Assembly: GCA_030704615.1 (NCBI GenBank)
Contig: CM060731.1
Span: forward strand, 59,210,001-59,274,000
Direction: 5' to 3'
Origin: Takakia lepidozioides
Lineage: Eukaryota > Plantae > Bryophyta
DNA length: 64,000 bases
In this document: positions 23,879 to 37,144 of the stretch, piece after piece
Position numbering within the stretch: the first letter of the stretch is position 1
Layout of the letters: each line of letters opens with the position of its first letter
The notes under the pieces: generated by a model
What the model saw: only the letters and a program-made list of their open reading frames with translations
The model's database searches: none
What the model was told of the DNA's origin: nothing
Made by a program: the position numbers and the translations under genes

Positions 23879-26800
23879 GTGACATTTTACAGTGGAAAAG
23901 TATTCTGATATACATGAAAGTCGTTTAGTCCGCCTGCCGACATCACCAAAAGATGTACTCTGAAGTGTTCTACCATGTGTATGCATGCACGCAACTTGTT
24001 ATTTGCAATTGTCACCATTTAGGTGGTGCTTGAGGTGGGCGTGGTGCATCCTGTTTTGAACTATTTTTTGGTTTGTTGCAGGGTGCCTGCTTAGGAGCAC
24101 TTTAGACCTGCCACGGATTCGTTGCAGGTATGCCAGATATTGTGGCTTGCTTGGATGTGATGCATCCCCCCGTCGTTGTCATGGTGTGTTTCAATGTGAG
24201 CAGATGGGTGTTGCTTTTGGAGGTCTGGCTCATCGTTGTCAATTTGCGGGGCCTCAATAGAGTCTATATAGTTGCATTTGAAGGGTTACCAACATCAAAG
24301 CTGCATCCCTGTCTGGCAGAACTCGGTAAGTGTACAATTAGATAAGTACTGTGGTACTGTTAAACAGGGTGTTGTCCATGCTGATCATGGCTTGGTTTGG
24401 AGAGACAGAAGACTCAAGCTGAAGCAGGCATAAATAAGAGCCACTTCCCCTAGCCCTTTCAGGGGTGGAAGCTTGCTTTATTTCTAGATCTAGCAACTGC
24501 AGTTTTTAAGACAGATATCGGGTGCTGAAGGTGGGATGCAGGCAGGTGGTGCAGCTGATTTGGAAGGGTGTGTCCATTCCTCCCAAAGACACTTCGCAAC
24601 ATGAGATCCAACTGGCTGCTGGTTCTAAAGGAGGGGGGAGATTGGCAAGTGATGTGAGAGCAGCTGGCAATAGGTCAAGGTCATTAGGGGCCAATGGAGG
24701 TATGAATCCACCCTATATCAGAGGGCGGGAGGCACCTGTTTTGCTGTGGGAATTAGGGTCAAGATTGGATTCAACTGTAATATACAGATAGAATACAGTA
24801 GTTGAATTGCAAATTTGCAACAGCTGCAGTTTTTACAATAAAGAAATGTGCACAGATTTTCCCATTCAATTGTGGCACACTGTACAATACTAGTGGGGAA
24901 ATTGCAAAGATGTGGAATGAGTGGAGCATCATGTATGTTGTGCATGTTAGACCCTGTGGACAATGTTCATTTGACAACAGAGAACTGGAGAATAATGAGT
25001 GAATGAGTCCAAGGTAGAGTTCAGCTTTAATTTGCTGCACTGGCTACTCTCTTTCATGTCCTACATGGTTTGTGCTTATGGACTATTGCTGAATGTAAGA
25101 GGAACCAAGAGTCAGACCATGTAGGGTTGTGCTTCAGTCAGCCGCTAAGACGCAGGAATGGAGGACAGAATGTGTGATATGGATCAAGAAATCGCCTCAC
25201 TGAAGTCAAACTTACTCATGGTAACCTCCGGACAGAACGCCCATGGCTTGCAATTTTTTATGATGGCAGATGAGATTCTGAAGCTGAATAAGTATGATGC
25301 GGTCCAGCTGGTGTTCAGCCAATTTAACTCACTGTGTAATTCTCCCCCACAGTTGCAACATCATTTCTCCAGAGGTAATGGTTGGGGAAGAGGTGGAGGT
25401 AGGGGCTTCTTATGAAATTGAGGGAGCAGAGAAGGAAGGGGAGGTATTCGAGTTTGCAGAAATGCTGCATGGAGTCAGATGGGGGTGCACAAGGATAACT
25501 CATCTAGAAATGCAATGGACAACGTGCTTGAACAGCTCACTCTGGCCTACAACAGATCACGGCTGGCAGCAATTATTAGATCATCTTCGTTGCTGCCGCA
25601 CTGAAGGGTTTCTTCTTCTGCTAGCTATTTGCCTTGCATCTAGACATTCACAGCTTATGGCTGCCTGCCAGAGTTGATCTGCATCCTCAGGAAGCTCTTG
25701 GACCATTGCTGGAAAATGTTGGATGGAAGAGGTCAACTCTATCAATCCCGAGTCCATGGATATCGGAAATGTGAACTGGAAAGGTGATCTGGACTACTTG
25801 CATCTCAGTAATTTCTTGCCAGTTTTTGATGTGAGGGTGTTTCAGTCATGCAGGGAAATGCTGGTGGAGGAGGTGTATGCTCTATGAATAACAAAACTCT
25901 TTTCGGTGTGTTAACTTCCCGTAGACCTGGAGTTATTAGGTTGCTATCGCCTCCTATTCTCGAGTTTTATATTTTAGAGACTGAAGGACGTTTACATTTT
26001 GGACTTGATGGGCGGTGTCCTTCTGTTCTTTTGGGAGGGAAGGTGGAGATCAAAGGATGATCAGGTGCAAACTCAGCCTTGTTTGTGGCTCCATTGTCTA
26101 CATGTATTTAGAACACATGAGTATTGGTAGAATTGGACTGCAACCCCAACTGGTGAAGGTCAACTGTGAGGGTAGGTGGTATCTTTCTCTCTTGTTCATG
26201 CTCCGTTTGTTGAGGGCAGGCTATGGCAGATAACATCAGATGAAGTTATCTCGTTTTCCACAATGTGAGGGGGAATATAGACTGAAATACATTCTAAGCA
26301 CTAGGTGTGCATTGGGTTTTCGCTACCTACACCTAATCCTACTTGATTCTCATTTTGGAAAGTTGTCACCCATGGCAACTTGGTTCAGGTAGGTTTTCAG
26401 CATGGCTATAATACAAAACCCATGGACACCATTAATCACTATCAAGAGATAGTTGGGTTCTCCGGGCTTTGGAATGTTAGACTCGGTACAACTTGGCTGC
26501 TTAAATATTTCATAGCCTTTGGACCACTGGCATAGCAGCTGGCAAACCAAGAGGCTAAGGGTTACTTTCCATGTGAACCAACTCCCGTTCTATGAGTGTG
26601 TGGCAAGTACTGATCTATTTAGCAGGTCGTGGGGCAAAATAACTGGCTAGTACAGGTCAACCATGGAGAAGTGCGAGAAGCCCCAATTCACTCAAGAATC
26701 GTGAACTTCTGAATTAGTACCTTCCATGATGCCATGACTTCGCGAAATGGGAGCTAAACACCTGTAGATCCAATGAGTCAGTACACCTTGGGGATGGGTT

Positions 26801-27879
26801 CCCTCACAAAGATGATAGTCGGCAAATGGGTAATCCTCCCTTTTGCGGGATCACTCTCAAGCACGAAATCCTTGGAGAGGCTCTTCTTCCTATGGAAGAT
26901 GCGGTGATTTTGAACTCCTGATAGAAGAGAGAAGAGTTCGTCTCAAGAAAGGCCTGATTTTCCGTGATGATGGAGGAAGTGAAAGAGCATTGACTAGGAA
27001 TAATGAGCGCAGGACAAATGAATGAATAGGGGAAGGGTCCTCGTTCAGGCATTCTTAAACAGTGGAAGGGCCTCTTCAGCTGCCCCTTCACTGGCGTAGG
27101 AAACCGACCTGCTCCTTCATGACCGCCTCAAAATCGTCATTTTACAAATTTTGCAACACTATAGGTGTCTTACACTTGGCGTAAGGTGCGTCCTCTTGCC
27201 AGGACGAAACTTTTCATCAGTAAACGATTTTAATAAAGGCAATATCTAGGTGGTTCTTACATGTAATGTGGCTGTTCCTTCACCAGCCTAAAAAACCAAC
27301 CTGCCCCTGGTGCACTACATCACTACATGCAACAATCACAATCCAAAGCCAACATCATGACATAACACTATCTTTACAATGTCAACAGGAAGAGAAACAC
27401 CCTTGAATCATGTGTTGCAGCATTGTACACACTATTGCATGACAAAGGCAGGTCTTTATTGAATATGTGTAAAGCACACCTTTGGTCTACAAATGGTTTC
27501 GTGTTAATGAACACACACTGCAATATATCAAAACAAGAGTACAAGACAGTAGGCACCGTGTCTATTGTGTGAAAGGTGGAGGAGAATGCTACAATAGAAG
27601 AATGAACATTGGGTTGTCATCCTCGTAAGGCGCCCCTGTGCAGTGTCCCTTTCAACTCCAACTCCACATACGTTGCATTTACAGCCTCTTCTGAAGAGCA
27701 TCTTACACAGGAAACCATGCTTTGTCAAACTGCACATTACAAAGAAACATAAGACGGTCAAAATATGGGGTGAGAATACATATGACGCACAAAAATGAAC
27801 ACCAAGACAACGCATTACGGGGTCTTACCGGACTCGCCCCATTTGGACAGGGTTAACAAACGTTTGATGGAGGTATAGG

Positions 27880-28400
27880 TCAATTTAATGGGTGCAAAAG
27901 AATCCTAAGAATCCACATTCCCAATTTGAAGGCTGCTGGGGCACAAGAGGCCTGAACACCGGGCTGATGATCTTGCCCACTTCCATTCAGGTATGGAGGG
28001 AAGAGACCGCGTAACACAACCCACACTTTATGGACAAAAGGGTGCAGACGACGAACCTTCTATGAGTTCCCGACAGAGACAACCAGCATGTAGCCCAGTG
28101 GTAAGGGCACATACCCTCTCGCGAATGGTTGTGGGTTCAATCCACCTGTTGGAAGTCATTATGGTGTCCACCTTCCCACCGGAAGGGAGTAGCCCTATGG
28201 GGTCAAGTGACACCATAAGTTACGCTTGCTTCGGCAACGCGTCCACCTTTTCCCCGACAGAGTTTAGGTGCTTGAACCTGCGAACCTCCAAAATAAGTAC
28301 GATATAGTGGGAGCTACAGAACAAATATGCAAGGCTCGAAACAGGAAAGGGAGGTGAAGGTACTTATTCTTAAAAGACGGGTACAATGAGAGCATGAATG
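27880..28400 (-). pseudogene. Ulp1/C48 SUMO-protease relic, transposon-borne
   Basis: Catalytic-triad motifs in order: KYLHLPF, SHYIVLILEV (His), MVSLDPIG (Asp), VPQQPSNWECGF (Gln/Cys). Interrupted by a TAA and a frameshift. Confidence 0.7.
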
Positions 28401-30149
28401 CAAGAAACCATGAAATTCTGGAAATGAGCCTCCTTCCACGATTCCGAAGTCCAATCCAAGTAAATGAATGCAAAGCAACATTTTTACTACTAACATGGGG
28501 GTAGAGATAAGCCCTTGCATATAATCCAAATCTATCATCCTTTCACTACTCCAACCTGGCAACCCTTAGACCTTGGAGATTCTCCATGTTTTCAAGGCGC
28601 AATGGCACCTGCTTAGCCGGTAGGTTTGTGAAGAACCAAACATCAATGCTACTCTTACTGCCTTCTCCATGTCGCCTCCTGTTAAACAAATGAGGTCGGC
28701 CCACTTGTCCGTGTCATATTCCTCATGGTACTGGCGCCTGTTCTCAACCATTGTGCTCCGCTTCACCATGGTGATGAGCTAATTAGCTCTGCAAAATGCA
28801 AAGGAAATGGATGTGGTCATTACACACCATTTAGAAGCCCAAAAGCCCTACGAAATAAAAACTTGTGAGGAAACAAACCCTACATAATCTTGTTGTTGAT
28901 GTCCTCCTGCTACTCCTATGATCGTTGTTGCTGTGATCACAACAAAAATATGTTAATCTGCAAAGGTGGTCTCACAATCTTTGTTTGAACACACTCTCCA
29001 TCGAGCAAGTTGCAACGAGGCCAGCTAATGATCTCCTCCAAAACAACACGCCAAAGGATGCAACTCCACGGATGAAAGAGATCGTGGAACGGGCTTGGTG
29101 GCCATTGTGATGTTGCGCGGGCACGACGGAAGTGGATGGAGTAGAGCGATTGGACAAGACACTGATAAGACATTTTGCATGTGGATGCGTTCATTACAAT
29201 AAAAAATCAATCTATTCACATTTGATACTAAATGTCATGTGATTCTACTATTTGGAAAGATTGGTATAGGCTACATGTGAAGTGAGTACTGTGTTGAAGA
29301 AACGTTCATTGTGTGGGTAGTGTGAGAATCAATAACATGGAGTGCACGACCTGCATTCAATAGTGTATGAATGAGAAATGCAGAGTTTAAAGGCAGAGTA
29401 GCAACACAACATATATGAAATGTATGTTGTCCACATACATGTCAAATGGAGGATTAGAGATTCCCCAACATCCATTCTGCAATACATGTATTGAGAGTTG
29501 GGAGGGGGCCATCTGTCATTTGACACAGTGGACAAGGGGTAGAGAGGTGAAGAAAACCTAAAAACGACAAACACATACTCAACCGCTTTCCGTGTTGTGG
29601 AAAATTAGTAAGGTTGATGGAAGAACCTTCTCCGGATGCGGCGATTTCCATTCATTGTGTGCATACATTTTTATGGACGGAAAACTAAGGATGATTTTTC
29701 CCCACTAATGAGTGTTGCGGAATCTAACCAATGAAGCAATACATGTATTTCCTTCGTCACACACTAAAGGCTTGAAGTAACATTTCATTTTCATCGTAGA
29801 GACCTATGCACTATAGTCCGTGAAATGAGTCATTGGAAACCCACTTAGAAGTGGGGTATGAAGATTACACATAATAAAATACATGAGAATTGCACATCGT
29901 TGTGTGTGGAGCAAATCGGGTTGAATGTAGGGTTGAAATCAACTAATTATAGTTATTCAGGCAGAGGAAAATTCTTTCATGTTGCAAGCATTTTCGGACA
30001 GACTCAGTCAACCGGCATCACTTTCCATGTCCCTCTAAAAACTTCTTGAAATGAACAAGGGATTTGCTTTTGCCTCTGTGGAAAAAAAATGCATTTGGAC
30101 TTAGATGACATTGGATATATTACTACTCAATAAATTCATGGAAAAAAAT

Positions 30150-30660
30150 TAATCGGGCCTTGACATGGGAGACATACTTGGATACATAGGAGATTGCACA
30201 CTGGTCTTAGATGGGCCTCGATATAGGAGACACACATGAGAGATGCCCTTGGATACATAGGAGATTGCACTTGGACTTAGATGACAGTGGACACTTGGGC
30301 CTCTATATGGAAGATGCACTTGGATACATAGAAGATTGCACTTGGGCTTGATGGGCCTTGACATAGGAGACGCATTGGGATACATAGGAAATTGCACTTG
30401 GTCTTAGATTTCAATTCTTCACACATGGGGTTACCCTAGAGGTCGCATTTGGTCCTCAACATATGAGACGCACTTAATACACAGGAGATCTTGCACTTGG
30501 GCTTAGATGACACTAGACACTTGGGCCAACCGCACACTAGGCTATCCTAGAGGTCGCATTTTGAGCCTCGACATAGGGGACACACTTGGATGAATATAAG
30601 GGGATTGCACTTGGACTTAGATGACACTGGACACTTGGGCCACCGGCACAGGCTACCCTA
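30150..30660. repeat. Array of degenerate ~55-70-bp subrepeats (gacataggagacgcacttggatacataggagattgcacttggacttagatg)
   Basis: The motif recurs about 7 times; typical of a DNA-transposon subterminal region. Confidence 0.8.
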
Positions 30661-30669
30661 GTAACCATC

Positions 30670-31735
30670 TAACTATAACTGGACCCGACGGTTTTACGTA
30701 CCTGCCATTAGAATATAACCGAAGGATAATTAATAGATAATTACCCTTACCCTATACATAATCGGGGTGTTTGGGTATGGATATACCCTACCCTGGAGAG
30801 AGGTAATGGTTAGCTCAGTGAGAGGACTCCGACCGAAGCCAAAATCGTTGGGATGGAACAAATGATTCATGATTAATCATGTGGGATGGAACAAATGGCC
30901 ACATGAACCAAGCATATAGCCTCCCTCCGGTACATAAAGGTTTAGGCACATTGTGCACACCATACCATCTGTTACCCTTGACGTTGGATTGCTCTGTGGT
31001 ATCCACGTCCGTTTATCCTCATTAATGTAGGATGACATCCTCGGCCTGGTGTCTCACTCCTCCTCTACTTCCAAATCCCAGTTTATGCTGTCATTGGTAT
31101 CGGTAATTGTATGCACACAGTGCTCAAACATGGTATGCATATCACCCCATGTGGTGAATCCAGTGTACTTCGATGTGAATACATCACGCACAGTGTCGTG
31201 CCTTTGCAAATTAGCATAGATGTTATCATTGCTCCAACCCTGGTACATGTAATCCACTCAACCACCTCTGTTGGTCATTGATGGGCCCACTGCTCTATAG
31301 TCAGTCACCCTGCATTCAAGCTCGGCCAATCACCCGTCTCTTGTGGCACTGAAAGATCAACCCCTCTATGGTGCTTCCAAAGTAACTTGTGTTCTACCCA
31401 TGTCGTCTATACAAATCTTAGTTTTTGGAGCCCATAAAGTTGTGTTATGTAGGTATGTACACTACCCCTAGATTAATTTATCAATATTGCAAGCATTGTT
31501 AAATAAATCTATCTAACTATACCGGGTATTTATCTATACCCGTAGAGTATAAATGAGGATTTTTACTATTTATTTATATCCTTCAGATTCCACCAGCAGT
31601 AATATACTCTTATCTGGAGGGTAGATATTATTTTGAAAATATAGGATACCCGGATCCGGAGAGTAAGACAAAATAAATGTTCTTCTTACTCGGACCCGGA
31701 GGGTATGTTTAAAACAATATACCCGCACAACACTG
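30670..31735. mobile_element. hAT-like non-autonomous element end enclosing a RING-H2 ORF relic
   Basis: Terminus TACCCGCACAACACTG (reverse complement CAGTGTTGTGCGGGTA) at 31720-31735 and clustered ACCCG/CGGGT subterminal motifs. A second copy of the same terminus lies at 35188-35203. Confidence 0.5.
30870..31257 (-). pseudogene. RING-H2 zinc-finger ORF relic
   Basis: In frame with ORF 31257-31054 through one TGA: ...VCTMCLNLYVPEGGYMLGSCGHLFHPT*LI, i.e. C-x2-C...C-x-H-x2-H-x2-(C>stop). Confidence 0.7.
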
Positions 31736-32579
31736 GTTTACACTTCCTCTCTGTAACCTACTGTCATTTGTATTGAAGTTACACTCCCCTCAATTCCACG
31801 TCACTATCAAGAGAGGATGTGTAAGATTCAATATGCTAGAGATCAGCCTACCGTCTTGTCAGAAATCACAGAGGGGCATTAACTTTATACATTATTCCTA
31901 GGATTCTTCAATTTATGCGTTGTTATGTTTCTTTTGCATAAATAATTTTTTAGGTGTATTAACGGTATTGCTATCCATTTCATTTTCAATATGGATTTGT
32001 TTGATTTTATTGACATGGTGATGATTACGTGAAGAAGATAATGTTTTTTTTCAAAAGAAAAATTCGAATAGTCTGGGTAGCTTTAAACAAATAACGACGA
32101 TGATGTGGCAACAATGACGTGGTAGGACACGTACATTGAGTAGAAATGAGGGAAATTTATAGATGAAATATGATAAATGACATATAATTTTCTATGGGAC
32201 TTCGACAAGGTCCATTAATATCTTAGGGACTTGAATGCGGATTAAAATGCCGCACCAAAAGACGGAAAACTAGTGTCTGACCTTCGGTCAATACTAGAAT
32301 ATCTTGGACAATAAGGGGCCCAGTTTGAAAGGGGGTGTGGGGATTACAGAGTGGTCTAGGAATTATGAAGCGGGAGTTATAGTAAGCTACAGCAGGAGTT
32401 CAACCCCATCCATGACATAGACATACATGAACTACAGAAAATACATGCCTCATTAATGGAAGGTATTTGAAACTAAAATTTCAAATTTCAATGTGCAAAA
32501 AGACGGTAGTTGTTCCCACCCTCATAAGTCTGCATTGATGTCATGAAACACGACTCTTTATTTTGACACTGTTGTATTG

Positions 32580-34506
32580 CATCACGTTCCAAATACGTAT
32601 ATTTTTCTTTTTATTTCATCAATTGCAGACCCGTGTAGTGCATGCATGGCCACCGATCCCCCAGGAGACGTTGCTGTTCTTCGCCTAATTGTACAATTGC
32701 AAAGTGCAGTGCAAACCCCTTTCTCAGGCCTTTCACACACCATGTATTGCCGTGGAGGTCCCAATGGCACAGAAGTGTTGCTGATTGTATCACAGACGAT
32801 GTCGCATTTGTTCCATGGGATCGATTAGGAAACTTCACTACAGGAGAGTTGGCTCGGTCATATGCCCCTTGAAAGTTCACCAAACAACACTAATCTATCA
32901 TCCAAGAAGGCACCCTCACAGCTCCACGGATGAACAGCTATTTGCAAATGACAAGGTTTGTATGCATAGGTCTTATCATGTGTTTGTACAATGGTTCTTG
33001 TAGGGCAAGAATGAAACTCTCAAAACTGTCTTATTTGCCTCCTCCTCTATTTTGTTTCTCTTTTTTCGGGTACCATTGCTCTTACGGTCCTGAAGACCCT
33101 ACCATGGCGGTTATGGAAATAAGCAAAGACATTGCTGCCAGCCGAACTGAAACCAAAACAAAGAAGAATAACAAGGAACAAATGAGGGGAGGGCATCAAA
33201 CGAGGTCGCACATGTAGATTCATAGTAAAACACTATTACCTTGATCCCAAGATCGTTATGTTGGTGTATTACCAGTGGAACCACGTCAACAACCATGGTG
33301 TTCATGTTCACGACCCTTCCTATGAGAAATCACGGCATGCTCTCATACCTCATCTAATTAGTAATGATATGAGAGCATGGATCTTACACCAATTGTGCCT
33401 AGGTATGTTCTATTAACAAGATAATGACAAATCACACCCAAAAAGTGAAAGACATCATGGAAGGCGGGTTGGAGACCTTACACAAGATACATTCCTTTTG
33501 TCGCATGATATTAGGAACATTGCCAACAAATGTGATGCGGAGACTTTCAAAAAATATCCTAACAATGAGTGTCCACATGTGGGTGGCCAAGAATGCAGAC
33601 AGTATCTTCTACTATCAAGAGGAAATCAATCACCCAGCTTGGACATCAAGCGATCTCAAGCTTGATATACCATTTGTGTTGGGCATTCAAACACAATGGC
33701 AGAAAGAACAGATGCTTGACCACCTCGGACATGGTAGAATTGTTTCCCGCGACAACACCTTTGGTACGAATGAAAAGAAGGTCGTGTACTACCCCATATG
33801 CTCATTCACACTTCCATTTCTCTTATGTATGATAGGTTCTGCTTGATGTATATTGTCTATTCCACGGCCACCCTTCTTATCCATTCTCTCATTCATCTTG
33901 TATGCAATCCTATTGTGAGTTATTGTAGTTCTCCCAGACGCCTCACGATTGTTACACCATTGATGCACTATCCACATTACACCATGATGGTATTTGATGT
34001 GTGGCTCAATGCAATCCCTATGGCATATGCTATCACTGCAATGAGCAAAACAATAGACCTACAACTATGGATGTTTGCGCTACACATGCGAATGACTAAC
34101 GTGCATCGACTTCGGCGTCTGAATGCGTTCATTGTGGACGATGGAAATGTTGAGATAAACGCCATTAGGTCTGATTCTCTTATTTTCAGGACAGTTAGAC
34201 ACCATGCACATACTATGGTGTAGTGAAATTACGTGAATTCTTTTGTCACCTGCATTGTGGATTTCATGTGTCATCTCCACTTCATGTAAGGCCTGATTCA
34301 CTCAGTGCATTTTCTGGTTGACATTTTTCTTCAAATTCAGCAGATCTGTTTGGGGAGACTCCGCTATCTTCTTGTGCTTGTGGCATGGCCGAAGAGCATG
34401 GTTGAAAAATCTTGTCTCCAAGATAAAAGACCCTAACTTGCGTGCCAATATTTTACATGACTTGGGGGAAAGTTTTGCAAATGCCTCATTTGCCTTGGAG
34501 GACTAG
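32580..34506 (+). mobile_element. Decayed MULE-type DDE transposase (plant SWIM/MULE family)
   Basis: YHCSYGPED, SIFYYQE, PFVLGIQTQWQKEQML, DNTFGTN (first Asp), TMMVFD...AIPMAY, AFIVDD (second Asp) and FLCLWH...RAWLKN (CxxH), split by introns, stops and frameshifts. Confidence 0.8.
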
Positions 34507-34536
34507 GGTCTCATCTCTAAGTATTGTGGTTCATTA

Positions 34537-35157
34537 CTTAGAAAGGGGGCCTCCATAGATTGTAGGCCCATCTTCCCCTATGCGCTTACCTGCGTTTCAC
34601 AATCATCCCCTGTTTCTGCACGCATGTCACTTGCTGTACAAAGCCAATCAATCAACATATTTGGCATGTATGCAGACCAATGGGAAAATTTTAGGATTGT
34701 AATCACAAATTTTTGAGGGCATCATATATCCAGTTGATGAGCCCATTTTCTCTGTTTTGGACGAGCCTACGACCAGATTTGAACCGGAGACCTTTCCCTT
34801 GATATCTCTCCTGTCGAGGCTCCAACCATTGTCCAAGAATGCCCATTTTGCTATTTGTTTTGCGAATTTCCAGACCAAAAGTACTTGAAATTCCAAATCT
34901 CCCACATGAAGGGCCAATCATTGCTCCAGGAAAGCCCACTTTGCTATTTTTTGTGAATTTCCAGCGACCCAAAGCACTTGAAATTCCACATCTCCCACAA
35001 CGTTGGTCCAAAAATCATGAGACCAAGCCCGTGCACCCCTCCTGATCGAGGGTTTCCAACGGCACCAAGCACCAGCGTTGGGCCCCTATGGTTTGGGAGA
35101 TCTCAACGACTTGACAAACAAAACAAAACAAAACAAACGACTCGCTTCATATATTGA
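34537..35157 (-). mobile_element. Non-autonomous Helitron, ~620 bp
   Basis: The minus strand starts A|TCAATATATG followed by a (GTTTT)n microsatellite and ends with hairpin GGGCCT-acaatctatgg-AGGCCC, then CTAAG|T. Internal ~65-bp direct repeat (34841-34906, 34934-34999). Confidence 0.7.
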
Positions 35158-37144
35158 TATCCTGATATACCCGGCGGGTATATGGTATACCCGCACAACA
35201 CCGCTGTAAACTCCAGCCGGGGTTACGCGATCCACTTGGGGTTACACTGGGTCACACAACTCACACTTGATCTCGAAATTTGAGTAAGTCCAAATTTGGC
35301 TAGTAAGTTTAAAATGGACTAAGAGAAGTTGCACAATGCTGGCAATACAAGGCATAAAGTTGTAATCTGATGCTCCACACAGGGGACCAAAGCTCAAAGA
35401 GGTCTCTCTCCCTCTCCCTCTAGGTAGCAATAAAGGGAACGAATTCAAGGATCACACTGCTAGAGTCTATTATGATGAGGCAGACCAGCCATAGATGGCA
35501 CATCCAGTCAACAGGCACAAGCAGATTAATTACCTTTGATCCTACCAAGAAAATGAATCCGACATTCCGACTGCTTAATTCTTTCAAGATTCACATCTGC
35601 AATCTTGCGCAAAAAGGCGAGTACCCAGTAAGCCCTTTTAATTATACTGTTGAATGACATATCCAGGAAGGAGATTTCATACTAAAAGCTCCACTGTCAA
35701 AAAGTATGGAAGTTTCGGCAGTAGTAGCAACGTTGGCAATACTGTCCGTACATTCTATCAATTACTTATATAAGAAAACTTAAAGAATGTGATAGAGATT
35801 TGTACCTCTCCCTCCTGGTCAGATGTGGATCATTCTCCGGTTGGCTCCCCCGGCTCAGCTGATATACTATTTACACCTTCTTCAACGCACTTGACTATCC
35901 ATGGCTTGTTTAATCGCAGCTTCGTGAGACTAATGATCTTGGCTCAATTGAACCCCTCAGGCGCGTATGAGAATAGTAAAAAAGCGCATAAGACCAGAAA
36001 GCTATGGCGAGGAAAGAACCCTAAACTGGTTTGGGTATATATCACACTTACAAAATCTATCAAGTTCTGTGATTCCAAATCCTACTTACCTTCCGATCAG
36101 GTCACCAGCGCTGAAGCAGATAGACGCATGTAGGCAGTTTGAGCAGGACTTTATGTGGGATAATTTCGACCGCTGCTTTCATGGCCCGTGTCTAAAGTGG
36201 TGAAAGCACCATAGAAACTAGTGTAGGCATTTATGACTCATTTCACTTTTGTGCTCACCCTCGTGAAGAATTTCGCACTAAAGTAGTAGTAGTTCACAAG
36301 GCTGTTTTTTCAGTAGTGACGGACACGTTCCACTGTCCAGGCTCATTAACAGCCCTGGGAATAGCAATGCCCAAGATATAACAGAGATCGTAAACTCGGT
36401 GAGAGTAAGGTTTGCCTGAGTCCAAGTACGACAAATCCTTGTGTATACTGCAACAACAAGGTTTTGGGATAATTGTAGCGATGATGGACTTGTAGCATCA
36501 ATCGACAAAATGATTCTGCTATCTTCGGAGAAAATTTGAGGTGAAGCTAAGGGCTAAGATGGATGGCAAATCACTCAGGACAGATTCATGCAAACACTCT
36601 ATCTCAGCCAAATAAGCAAGCTACATCACTAACGTTGTGAATTTTTTTGGCTTGAAAGATGCTCATACGCAATGTCAATAGATCTAGTTCATCTCAGAAC
36701 AGTGATCATGAGTTGGTAGTGTCATTGATTTGAATTCATTAGTGTGTGAAGAGTACTGACAGAGACGTCCAGTACCATCTTGTGAATGCACCAAGAGCAG
36801 TAGGACACACTCTAATGATTCTCTCACAAGAGGTAAGCTACATTACACTCTGACAGTGGGTTTAATCTGCCAACTTTGGTGTGCTTCAAAGCTCACTAAT
36901 GCTGATTTCCTTAGCCGATGAAGGTGATTTTGATGACAACTATTTCAGATCTTACTATTATCCGCAGAAGCCTATGTCTGGTCGGAGGTAAAGTTCTTTG
37001 AATGAATCTGAATGTGAACACTCCAAATTGCTCTCAAACTTAAAATATGTGGAAAAACCGGCACACGTTATGCACTGCTTATATACTACCGCCTTCCACG
37101 GTGGTAGGGCTCCTTGTGGAAATCCCCACAGCATGATGTGGATC

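Noticed and set aside
25158-25900. Broken protein-like ORFs downstream of TPS (also 5200-5830 and 45900-46650)
   Set aside because: No recognisable family and multiple stops; probably decayed transposon sequence that cannot be assigned.
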